The translations under genes were made by a program, and so were the position numbers. Source: Octopus sinensis (lineage: Eukaryota). Taken from it: 64,000 bases of DNA. The stretch lies in the NCBI RefSeq assembly GCF_006345805.1, contig NC_043001.1, positions 60,636,001 through 60,700,000 of the forward strand, given 5' to 3'. Of this stretch, positions 1 through 10,968 are shown piece after piece (the stretch's first letter is position 1; each line of letters begins with the position of its first letter). A model generated the notes under the pieces. The model worked only from the letters and a program-made list of their open reading frames with translations. It made no database searches and was not told the DNA's origin.

Positions 1-480
1 ATGTAAATACGACCCAACTCAAAAGTTGGCTCCCTCTTTACACAAATCATTAACTGGAAACAGAGGCTAAAATTATAGCTACTGAAGAAAAGTGTCAACT
101 GACAAGAAACTTCCAAGCAAGCATTCGCCACTTTTCTATCGCGAAGAAAGTAATTCGATGTTTGTTTCAACTGAACATATTAATTAATGTATGAATATAT
201 TGGCAAGTATTTACAATGGGTTATATGGCGTAATTCTGAACACCATATGAGAAAAAATAGTTGGAACATCTTCACCATTTTTTAAGATTATTGAATTCCA
301 AGTGTTCGGAGTGTTTAAATCGGGCGACCAAACCATGTCGTAAAAACTTACCTTGATAAATAATGATTACAACATTTGTGTAAAAACATTTGAAAAGTTA
401 AGTAAATACAATTACTTTGGAATAGAGCTTTGAAAAATATATATATCATGCATCAATATTTATCTCTCTATCTCTCCATC

Positions 481-512
<32 letters not shown>

Positions 513-564
513 CGTGCGCGCCTGCGTGTGAGTGTGTTTAATTGAGTATATACATTTATTCTTT

Positions 565-690
565 TGTTCTTTTAATTGTTTCAGTCATTTGACTGCAGCC
601 ATACTAGGGTACCACCGTTAGTCGAACGAATCGAACCCAGAACTTATTCTCTGTAAGCCTAGTACTTATTCTATCGTTCTCTTTTGCTGT
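565..690 (-). mobile_element. tRNA-derived SINE, 3' fragment (Octopus OK/OR-like family)
   Basis: Reverse complement of the SINE 3' end seen at 25340-25460 (tttcagtcatttgactgcagccatactagggtaccacc...gtaagcctagtacttattctatcg). Confidence 0.7.
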
Positions 691-1929
691 TCTTATTCTT
701 ATTCTATTGTTCTCTTACTATTATATAATAAGCATAAATTTCTTCTAAAAGTGTCTATCATATTTATCAGATACATAAATAACTTTCGTGTCGTACAATT
801 TCTGTTTCTAATTGTCGAAAATTAGAATTCATACGTATATTTTTTTATATTCTGTCGTTATCCAATGGCATCAATAAGAGTCGAATGCAAACAATGCTTT
901 TCTCACATTATATTTCTTCTTTACGTTCTGTTTGTATTCATTTCTGTACAGGAGATATTTTCTAAGTTCACTTTGAATTTAACGAATTTCAGATCACCTT
1001 GAAAACGTTGAGTTAACATGTTTTGTTTCGGACATATTAATTGAATGATATTTGCAATCAAATTGTGTCGATACAGCAGAGCCTACCGTCAGCTTTTTTG
1101 TGGTGAATTCGCCAATTAAAATGTGATTTTGTCCATCCGTATTTTTGTTGTCTAATACTCTGTATTTTTTGAAATACTTGTAAATGATATTTGGATCTAC
1201 TTGTCATATATGATGAATTCGTATATATACATATAATTGATAATTGTATATGTGGGTATACACATTGTAGTATGCTGTTTAAAGCCGATTCATAGTATTC
1301 GGCTACCTGATGTCAAGAACATTATGGATATATACAACACTGGATTTACTTTCATAGACAATAGAAAATATGAGAGAAAGGAAGAGGAATTTAAGAGATG
1401 TTTAATTCATAATCACTACGATCGTTTCGACCATCGTTCCCGGTAACTTTTAGGTAAGATGCTGTATAAACAATTGTGTTGCATTATAGTATTATTGCAT
1501 ATGCGTCTCCTCAGTTGAATTTTCAAAAGGTATCTCTTTTATTATTGGCAGATCATACATTTTTGGTAATTGTAGCGTAATATGCGTCCCCATAAGGAAA
1601 TAATATATGATGAAGATTTCTTCTCATATAAGCAATAAAATAAAGTATACAAGGAGAAAAGAATAAGGTATCATAGATAAAATGAATTAATCAAATAAAA
1701 TGTAATTCTCCGATGACAACACACCTCTATATAAAAACACAATATTCATGGGATCAGAATAGAACGAAAAATCAACTGGAGGTTTATATTGACATTTACA
1801 GGAGACGAGCTTCGTGGTTAGGAATAAATTGTCCCTTGTTTTACTTCTCTCTCTCATATGTGAAGCATACACACACGCACACACACAGACACACACACAC
1901 GTATATATATATTTGTAGATATCTACGTG

Positions 1930-2165
1930 TCTTTATTTGTTCCCCACTACCGACTGATTAACCCTGCTGGTGTGTTTCAGTTCCCATAACTAAAGCAGTT
2001 AGACAAAAAGTTATTTGGTTTATTGGGGTAGATACGTTTGATTACACTTATACAAGGCGGTGCCCCAGCATGACTGCAGTCATGCTGGGGTAGATACGTT
2101 TGATTACACTTATACAAGGCGGTGCCCCAGCATGACTGCAGTCATCACTGAAAAAAACGAAAGAT
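1930..2165 (+). mobile_element. Degenerate SINE 3' half with an internal 62-bp tandem duplication
   Basis: gctggtgtgttt...aaggcggtgccccagcatgactgcagtcat matches the SINE tail. Bases 2024-2083 are repeated at 2086-2145. Confidence 0.65.
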
Positions 2166-2776
2166 TAAGGAAAATAAGATTTATCACATGCACATCTGAA
2201 ATGGATATCGAAAAGATTTTCCACATACAACCTGGCTCAGATTATGGAAAGGATTATTCCACATTTCCCATAAAAGGGGATTGAATCCTAGATAATTTCT
2301 ATGTTATATAGTCATTGAATCATTGCTAAAGTTAAGGAAAATTCTCAATAGAAAAAGGCGATATGACATTTGGCAAATTATGGTGTGATCGGAAATGTTA
2401 AAAAAACGTACTCGATTATCTCTTATACAAAATGCTTTCGAGCCAATATTATGCTTTCAAATACAGCAGGACGGGCGTCTGAATGGGAAATGATCCAAAA
2501 GAGAAACCCTTTCACACACCATTTTGAATCATGTTGTTGACATTTACGTTGGGATTTCTCAGACATTCTATGGTCAGTATTTTATAGAAATATCATTCTG
2601 TAGACTACAATTATGACATTTAAACACTATATTTGCTGTAATGTATAATCAGATTTAAGTGAATGACAAATACTAAATAAATACAAACATATATACATAC
2701 ATATTGATATAAGTCTATATATATAGGTACATATATACATGTATATATACACATATATATGTACTACGTGTGCCTA

Positions 2777-2808
<32 letters not shown>

Positions 2809-2813
<5 letters not shown>

Positions 2814-3109
2814 TTATAGAAGGAGCTTCTACAGGACTAGAACTGTTTCATTCAAAAGAAATCATCAGGAAGCTAGGTAACAAGAATAGTTTTGGCATTT
2901 ATACATTTAGGCAGGTTTAAAGGGGTGGTGGTGGGGGACTTTTTGGGGTAAGCATGGCGCAAACTATCATTCTTAGGGGAGTGGTCAAAGGAATTAGTGA
3001 TAAAGTAGATAAAAGAATAAATAGAATAATAGGGTTTTAGGTAAATAAGGAGACTCTCACTTATACACATATATACACATATATATACACGTACAAACAC
3101 ACACACATA

Positions 3110-3147
<38 letters not shown>

Positions 3148-3156
3148 CACACACAC

Positions 3157-3190
<34 letters not shown>

Positions 3191-3397
3191 ACACATACAC
3201 ATATACATACACATACACACACCATATACACATGTACATATGCACCCATTTACATACATCTACGTACACACCGATACCCATACTCATATATACACTCATA
3301 TCCCTACACACATATATCTAAAAATAAATATAAATATAAATACAAATACAAATATAAAGGGGGATATACACTCCCAAGGGAGCTAGCTTAGCCGGCC
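2809..3397 (-). mobile_element. Inverted pLTR/3'-end copy of a Naiad-type Penelope-like element
   Basis: Near-identical reverse complement of 10631-11304, lacking 10658-10724. It directly abuts the 5'-truncated PLE body, as in typical PLE 5' inversions. Confidence 0.85.
2824..2874 (-). ncRNA. Type I hammerhead ribozyme (inverted pLTR copy)
   Basis: Minus strand reads agcttc-CTGATGA-tttcttttgaat-GAAA-cag-ttctagtc-ctg-TA-gaagct. Stems I and III and the core are intact, with a GUA cleavage triplet. Confidence 0.85.
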
Positions 3398-4479
3398 TCC
3401 ACAAAATAAACCCCAGGACCACGGATGGGTTCCGGAAAAACCTTTACACTTTTTTTAAAAACTTAGGCCTTAGGATTACCTTAGAATCCAACTTAACCAA
3501 AGTTAACTTCCTTGACGTTACCCTCGACTTAAAAACCTCACTTTATTACCCGTACCACAAACAAAATGAATCCCTTAGATATATAGACATTAATTCCAAC
3601 CACCCCAAAAATATATTAGACAACCTAGTAAAAAGTGTCTCAATTAGAATATCTAGCCTGTCCGCTACTGAAGATATCTTTAATGCCACAGCCCCCTATT
3701 ACAACGAGGCCCTGGCCCGCAGTGGCTTTAAAGATAAGATCACCTATACTAGCATAGCCCCACGCCAACCCAGGAAAAATAGGCGAAGACACATTAGCTT
3801 GTACAACCCCCCCCCCCTTCAACTGTGAGGTCGCTACACCTATAGCTAAAATCTTCTTCACTCTCCTACAGAAACACTTCCACACCCAACATAAGTACTA
3901 TACAATCCTAAATAAGAACACCATTAGACTCTCCTACTCTACCACGCCCAATCTAGCCAGGAACCTAGCCAACAATAACGTGAAAAAACTTAATAAATCT
4001 ACTTTTCCGAGGCCCATCCAACATCCGATAGCAATTGCAACTGCCCTGATAAAACCACTTGCCCCCTCAACAACAACTGCCTACAGAAGGACCTCGTCTA
4101 CACATGCGAGGTACGATCAGGCCCCGATGATAAAAGAAAATCGTACATCGGAATGACGTCAAACAGCTTTAAGACTCGTTGGTACGCCCACACACATTCG
4201 TTCCGGCGACCTGACAAGTCCAACCAAACTACCCTCGCCGCCCACATCTGGTACCTTAAAAGGAACTCCATACCCTTCAAGATCAAGTGGAGACTACTAC
4301 AGAGGGCGCGTTCGTACACAGGAGGCCATACCTGCTGTGACCTTTGCATTTCTGAGAGCCTGGAGATCTTGTTCGCCAAAGGCCCCCTCCTCAACAAGAT
4401 CTCGGAACACTCCCCAAATTGCATGCATAAAATTTATGCAAACTACAAAAACTACAGACCCACCCGGCAACCCGATTGA
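3394..4479 (+). pseudogene. 5'-truncated Naiad-type PLE ORF (RT thumb + GIY-YIG endonuclease), about 2 frameshifts
   Basis: Manual translation gives NFLDVTLDL..YYPYHK..SNHP..RISSLS..YNEALARSG..YNPPP, then CNCPDKTTCPLNNNC..LVY..SYIGMT..FKTR..H..LAAHIWYLK..CDLCISE..LLNK..CMH. Frameshifts fall at the poly-C (3808-3817) and near 3985-4020. Confidence 0.85.
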
Positions 4480-4824
4480 CGACACCCCACCCCCACCGTT
4501 CCCCCAGCACCCCCAATTACCTTTTCTCCTAAGACTATTCACATATAGTATGTGTACACTTGTATATATGTATTGTATATATGTATAGAAATGTATGGGT
4601 GTTAGTAGGAATATACGCATGTATGTGAGTGCGTGTATTTACGTGCGTGTATATGTATGTGTATGTGTATGTGTATATGTATGTCTGTGGATATATATAT
4701 ATCCACAGATAAATAGACAGATAAGAGACAGATAAGAGACAGATAAGAGACAGATAAATAGTAGCTTTGAACATAACTACACCAACCATTTTTTAGACCT
4801 TACACACAGGAACAGGGACACACG

Positions 4825-7098
4825 ATGGCAAAGGACAAACAAAAGAAACCTCAGGTAATTAAGATAATCAATCTCTCAAACAAAGAACTTACACCTAACG
4901 AAATAAGCATACTCTCCAAAGGACTTAAATTTACACCTACCCCACAACGTTCTAATTACTATGAAATGAAAGATGATATTTCGGAATTTTGCAGAAAACT
5001 AAGACTCACCGAGGCATTTCAAGACAAACAAATAGAGGAGGACTCAATAGCTAGAAACAAGAGCAATTACACCCCCACCAAGGGAAAGAATAAAGCCTTA
5101 GACCGCTATTGTGACTACATAACTAATTTCCCGTTTCAATTCATCAAGAAACAAAAACACAGCCCTAACTTCAACAAAAGAGAATGGCACGACCTCATCA
5201 AACTAAGAGAAGACAAAACAATAACAATTAAGGAGGTAGATAAGGGCAACGCGATAGTAATAATGAATACAAACGATTATAAAAATTTAGTGCTATCCCT
5301 ATTAAGAGATGAAACGTATTATGAAAGGGCCCAACAGTATAATCAGCAAAAAATAATGCATAACCTTAGGACATTAATCAACACACACCAAGAAGGACTC
5401 ACGAACAAGGAGTATGAATACATCACTAACTTCAAATGCAAATCGAGTTTGTTCTATGGTATCCCTAAGGTTCACAAAAGCCAAATAATTAGAGAAACGT
5501 GCAAAACATCCACCGACACACTCATCAAAATCCCTTCACCAAATGATCTTAAACTAAGACCAATAATAGCAGGGCCAGCATGTGAAACTCACCGCCTCAG
5601 CAATTTCTTAGACACACTTCTTAAACCTTTCCTAAAACACATCAAAAGCTACGTAAGAGACGATATAGATATGCTCAACCACCTCCCGAATACAGTCAAT
5701 GAGAAAACCCTTCCAGTATCATTCAACGTAGTTAATCTTTATTCTAACATCCCTCACAACCTAGGAATAGAAACGATCACCTTCTGGCTGAATAACTACC
5801 CCTTTGAACTCCCAACTCGCATAAACAAAGACCTTATAATAGAAGGACTTAGATTCATTTTAGAGAACAATTATTTTATTTTTGACAATGATTTCTACAG
5901 ACAAAGATCGGGAACAGCGATGGGCACGCGTACTGCACCATCTTTTGCCAACCTAGTGATGGGATACCTCGAGAAAATACTATACAGGATAACACTCGAG
6001 AAATATGGAAACACCTTCGCCACCTATATCCATAACAACTGGAAAAGATACCTCGATGACTGTTTCATCATCTGGGACAAAGGTATAGAGAAACTTGAGG
6101 AATTTAAAATACTATTAAATGGAATAAATGACAATATACAATTCACGATGGACCACAACGAAAAAGAATTACCATTTTTAGACATCCTCATTAAGAAAAC
6201 CGGCAACAAAATAGAGACAGATATCTACTATAAACCGACAGACTCTAAACAGTACCTACCCTTTGATTCATGCCACCCACGACACACTAGAATGAATGTC
6301 CCTTTTTGTTTAGCTAGAAGGATTTGCACCATAATATCAGACACAAACACCCGACACACACGTCTCCAGGAACTTAGAACCACACTCACAAATAGAAACT
6401 ATCCACAGCCCCTAATAGACAGTGCAATCCAACGGGTACTTAAATTAAGTATAGAAGACCTGAGACAAACAAAACCAAAAAAGAAAGAACAATTAAAAAC
6501 CCTTCCCTACATCTCTACACACAGCCCACTCAACAATGAGGCCTTCAACACCATACTACAAAGCACAGCCCTACTAAAGGGAGACCCAAAGAGGAACCGG
6601 ATCCTCGAAACACACACCATCATTAAAAGTAAACGGCAACCAAAATCCTTGAAAAGGATTTTAACCCAAGCTACACTGCACTCAACATCAACCACAAAAC
6701 CAGCAGTTAGAAAATGTGGAAGGCCCAACTGCGGAATCTGTGTCATCTTGAAAGAAGGATCAGAATTTATACTGGAACAAGGCCACCAGTTCACCATTAG
6801 AACAAACTTCACCTGCGCATCAGAAAACTTAATTTACGTCATAATATGCGCAGGCTGCAATAGGCAGTATATAGGCCATACAAAAAATAGCTTACGTAAC
6901 AGGATGGCGGTGCATAAATCGCAAATTAGAAACCCTGATTACCGCAAAATACCGGTCAGCGGACACATAGATAGATGTGCTGGAAATGTAAATCCGAAAT
7001 TTACAACTAACCCGCTTTATAAATTCAGTGACAACGCAACCTTCACACAACGCCAAAATAAAGAACTGTATTTCATAAAAAATTTAGACCAAGTTTAA
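4825..7098 (+). CDS. PLE reverse transcriptase + GIY-YIG endonuclease (Neptune-like, 757 aa, probably inactivated)
   Basis: Motifs LSKGLKFTPTP, DKG, YGIPKVHK, LRPII, QRSGTAMGT, YLDDCF, LPFLDI, YYKPTD, Cys linker CGRPNCGIC, and NLIYVIICAGC..YIGHT..LRNRM..H. Confidence 0.9.
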   Translation: MAKDKQKKPQVIKIINLSNKELTPNEISILSKGLKFTPTPQRSNYYEMKDDISEFCRKLRLTEAFQDKQIEEDSIARNKSNYTPTKGKNKALDRYCDYITNFPFQFIKKQKHSPNFNKREWHDLIKLREDKTITIKEVDKGNAIVIMNTNDYKNLVLSLLRDETYYERAQQYNQQKIMHNLRTLINTHQEGLTNKEYEYITNFKCKSSLFYGIPKVHKSQIIRETCKTSTDTLIKIPSPNDLKLRPIIAGPACETHRLSNFLDTLLKPFLKHIKSYVRDDIDMLNHLPNTVNEKTLPVSFNVVNLYSNIPHNLGIETITFWLNNYPFELPTRINKDLIIEGLRFILENNYFIFDNDFYRQRSGTAMGTRTAPSFANLVMGYLEKILYRITLEKYGNTFATYIHNNWKRYLDDCFIIWDKGIEKLEEFKILLNGINDNIQFTMDHNEKELPFLDILIKKTGNKIETDIYYKPTDSKQYLPFDSCHPRHTRMNVPFCLARRICTIISDTNTRHTRLQELRTTLTNRNYPQPLIDSAIQRVLKLSIEDLRQTKPKKKEQLKTLPYISTHSPLNNEAFNTILQSTALLKGDPKRNRILETHTIIKSKRQPKSLKRILTQATLHSTSTTKPAVRKCGRPNCGICVILKEGSEFILEQGHQFTIRTNFTCASENLIYVIICAGCNRQYIGHTKNSLRNRMAVHKSQIRNPDYRKIPVSGHIDRCAGNVNPKFTTNPLYKFSDNATFTQRQNKELYFIKNLDQV

Positions 7099-7294
7099 AC
7101 ACCCTGGGCCAGGAATATTAAAACAAAAGATAAGTCCTCCGAAAAGGAGAAGCAAAATTCCACCACGGCCGCTACCTTAAACAGTCACTCGCACTGACTG
7201 AAATATGCCTTAGTAAAAAAGGAAAAAAATTTTTTCGTGCAAATCTGACCCTGATGGACTGACCACATACGATACAGCTAAGGGTCAGACCCGA

Positions 7295-7870
7295 TTCTGA
7301 TTGGTCAACACGTTGATGACGTCTAGTTCTGCTAGAATGGACAGGATACAAACAGGGGGCAGAGATTAGTCAGAATATTGATGACGTCCTTTTCTGCTTG
7401 ACTAGTCACCTAACAAGAAACAGACAGGGGGCAGATCCAATGCAGCTATAAGTCGTGATTGGGCCGAATCTTGATGACGTCCCGTTCTGCTTGACTAAGC
7501 CACCTAACGAAACGACTGGTCAAAACAGGATACAGACAAGAGGCAGTTATAATACAGCGATAGGTCACGATTGGTCAGAATGTTGATGACATCCCGTTCT
7601 GCTTGACTAAGCCACCTAACGAAAAGGGGCAGATCTAATACAGCTATAAGTCGTGATTGGTCAGAATCTTGACGACGTCCCGTTCTGCTTGACTAAGCCA
7701 CCTAACGAAACGACTGGTCAAAACAGGATACAGACAAGAGACAGTTATAATACAGCGATAGGTCACGATTGGTCAGAATGTTGATGATGTCCCGTTCTGC
7801 TTGACTAAAGCCACCTAACGAAACGATTGGTCAAAACGTTGATGACGTCACGCTACGCTGGACTGACCAC
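7295..7870 (+). repeat. Imperfect tandem array of about 7 units, core GATTGGTCAGAATGTTGATGACGTC, with a 198-bp higher-order repeat
   Basis: GATTGG/GATTAG at 7299, 7364, 7457, 7569, 7655, 7767 and 7825. The spacings 7457-7655 and 7569-7767 are both 198 bp. Confidence 0.85.
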
Positions 7871-7965
7871 CTAACAGGCATTATAAAACCCGAACAATTC
7901 ACAAGACTCACCAGAATCACCCAGCGAACACCCACCATGGGTCATCACAATTGCTCAAGGTAAAA
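7825..7965 (+). promoter_or_regulatory. Putative PLE internal promoter, mini-exon and splice donor
   Basis: Inverted CCAAT at 7825, perfect CRE TGACGTCA at 7843-7850, TATAAAA at 7882-7888, CACCATGG (ATG at 7937) and AG|GTAAAA donor at 7960. Confidence 0.55.
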
Positions 7966-8206
7966 ATGAATTCCTCGCTCTTTCGGGAACATCAATCTTC
8001 TGTATTGACTGCTTTCCACCACTTTGATCTGTTTTTTATATTGAATACGTATCGCCACCGTGGGCCACTGCATCGAACACTTTGAACATATAGCATGAAT
8101 GAACTTACTTCAAACTATATATGAACTTTAAGATGTCTGACTACGTTGTGTATTGTAAATGAAATTCTTGTGTTTGACGGCATGAACTGTCTTTTTTTAT
8201 ATACAA

Positions 8207-8262
8207 CTTTTTTTGATAAGGTTCATTTCAGGAACTGAAACATGTTATAATGTATATATAAA
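8207..8262 (+). ncRNA. Degenerate hammerhead ribozyme at the Neptune 3' end
   Basis: tTGATAA (mutated CTGANGA), stem II gttc/gaac, GAAA, stem III CAT-gttata-ATG, TA, then an A-rich strand that can pair with the upstream T tract. Confidence 0.5.
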
Positions 8263-8299
8263 AATTAAATATTGTATAATATAGCAGCATTTTCGAACT

Positions 8300-9005
8300 T
8301 CATTTTTTACAAATATATATATATATATATATATATGTGTATATGTATGTATGTATATATATATATATATATATATGTGTACGCTTGTGTGTTTATGTAT
8401 ATGTAGGTATGTAGAATTATGTGTATGTGTATGTATGTATGTGTATATATACATATGTGTAAATAGGTATATATGTGTATGTTTATATGTATGTATCTGT
8501 CTGTATAATGGGTAACTGTATGTATATATATTTATTATTTAATATTTATTATTTATTATTTGAGTATGCATGTATGTATATATGTATATGTTTGTATGCA
8601 TGTATGTATTTATGTATATAAGGATGCGCGTGTGTATGTATAGATGCACGTGTGTGTGTATGTGTATGCATGTGTGTATGTATATGTATGTGTATATATG
8701 TATATATATACATGTGTGTATATATATGTGTATGCGTATGTATGTGTATATGTGTATGGGTATATATGTGTATATGCATGTATGTATGTGTATGTGTGTA
8801 CATGTATGGACTTGTTGGGTTTTTTTTATATATGTAGATAGATGTGTGTGCGTGTGTTTTAGTATGTGCTTGTGTATATATACGTGTATGTATATGTATA
8901 GATATATGGATGTATGGGTATGTAGCTATGTATATGACTGGTGTAAGTTTATGTGTGTATGTATATGTAGGTATGCGCGCACGTGTATGTTTGTGTGTAT
9001 ATATG

Positions 9006-9039
<34 letters not shown>

Positions 9040-9735
9040 TATTTATATATGTATGTATGTATATGTATATGTGTATGTGTATGTATATGTATATGTATGT
9101 ATATATATGTGTGTATGTGTGTGTGTATGTGTATGTGTGTATATGCCTGTATACCTCGGTGTGGATGTATGTATGTATAAGGGTGTGCGTACGGATGTAT
9201 ATGTATGTGTATGTAGATGTGTGTGTATGTATAGGTATGTGTATGTGTATGTATATATATATAGTGAGGGCGCGTGGCTTAGTGGTTAGGGCATTCGGCT
9301 CATGATCGTAAGGTTGTGAGTTCGATTCCCCGCGACGCGTTGTGTCCTTGAGCAAGACACTTTATTTCACGTTGCTCCAGTCCACTCAGCTGGCAAAAAT
9401 GAGTTGTACTTGTATTTCAAAGGGTCAGCCTTGTCACTCTCTGTGTCACGCTGATTTCCCCCGAGAACTACGTTAAGGGTACACGTGTCTGTGGAATGCT
9501 CAGCCATTTGCACGTTAATTTCACGAGCAAGCTGTTCCGTTGATCGTATCAGCTGGGACCCTCGTCGTCGTAACCGGCGGAGTCTTTTTTAAGATATATA
9601 TATATACATGTGTGTATATATGAATATATATATATATGTGTATGTGTATATGTGTGTGTATATATGTATGTGTTCGTGTATTTACATACATGTATATGTA
9701 TGTATATGTGTGTGTATGTGTATGTATGTGGATAT

Positions 9736-9814
<79 letters not shown>

Positions 9815-10560
9815 CGCCGGTGTGTTTATGTATATGTAGGTATGTAGTTTTATGTGTATGTGTATGTATGTATGTATATATACATATGTGTAAATAGGTA
9901 TATATGTGTATGTTTATATGTTTATATGTACGTATCCGTCTGTATGATAGGTAATTGCACGTATATATATACCTATATTTATTATTCGAGTATGCATGTA
10001 TGTATATATGTATATGTTTGTATGCATGTATGTGTTTATGTATATATAGATGCGCGTGTGTGTGTGTATGTGTATGCATATGTATATACATATGTATACA
10101 TTTATGTATGCGTATGTGTGTTGCTGTATATATATGTGTATATAGGTGTATGTGTATATATGTGTATATATGTGTGAGTATATATACGTGTATATGTATG
10201 TATGTATGTGTATGTGTGTATATGTATGGACTTGTTGGGTTTCTCTTTTTATATATGTAGATAGATGTGTGTGCCTGTATGTGCGTAGATATGCGTATGT
10301 GTATTGGTATGTGCATGTGTATATATATGTGTATGTATATGCATAGATATATGGATGTATGTGTATGTAGGTTTGTATATGACTGGTGTAAGTATATATG
10401 TGTATGTATATGTAGGTATGTGCGTGCGTATGTGGTTTTTTTGTGTGTACATAGTTTTGTGTACGTTTGTGTGAAAGTCGGTACACTTATGTATGTATGA
10501 ATATGACACGTGCATTTGTGTATGTGTATGAGTGTGCGTGTGTGTGTGTGTGCGTGTGTA
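8300..10560. repeat. GT/AT-rich low-complexity block containing two diverged copies of a roughly 0.6-0.9-kb unit (about 8370 and 9810)
   Basis: Shared anchors: gtaaataggtatatatg (about 8460/9890), atggacttgttgggttt (about 8805/10225) and gactggtgtaag (about 8937/10381). Confidence 0.75.
9263..9586 (+). mobile_element. tRNA-derived SINE with a CORE/Meta-like central domain
   Basis: A box (tggcttagtgg), B box (gttcgattcc), tgtgtccttgagcaagacacttta...cagtccactcagctg, and a 3' half shared with the SINE at 43988. Confidence 0.8.
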
Positions 10561-10630
10561 AGTGTTTGTGTTCGTATCAGTGTGAAGAAAGATAGAAAGG
10601 AAGGGAAAGGAGCAATAAATGGTGTCTTTA

Positions 10631-10898
10631 GGCCGGCTAAGCTAGCTCCCTTGGGAGAGCTGGCCTGTTGGGTCGAAGTCAAAGTGTGGGTATGTATAGA
10701 TATATGAGCGTGTATGTATGGGGGTGTATATCCCCCTTTATATTTGTATTTGTATTTATAATTATATTTATTTTTAGATATATGTGTGTAGGGATATGAG
10801 TGTATGTATGAGTATGGGTATCGGTGTGTACGTAGATGTATGTAAATGGGTGCATATGTACATGTGTATATGGATATGTGTATGTATGTCTATGTATA

Positions 10899-10968
<70 letters not shown>

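Larger units (their letters stand above)
4700..8270 (+). mobile_element. Neptune-type Penelope-like retroelement (single unit) nested in the Naiad 3' region
   Basis: Long RT-EN ORF, repeat-rich 3' region, TATA box and terminal HHR-like motif. Boundaries are approximate. Confidence 0.8.

Noticed and set aside
7295-7870. Repeat-spacer look reminiscent of a CRISPR array
   Set aside because: The spacers are themselves repeated (198-bp higher-order unit), the context is a eukaryotic retroelement, and there are no cas genes.
9263-9335. tRNA-like sequence (also at about 25000, 43990 and 62050)
   Set aside because: These are SINE heads that continue into SINE bodies. I could not see a complete cloverleaf.
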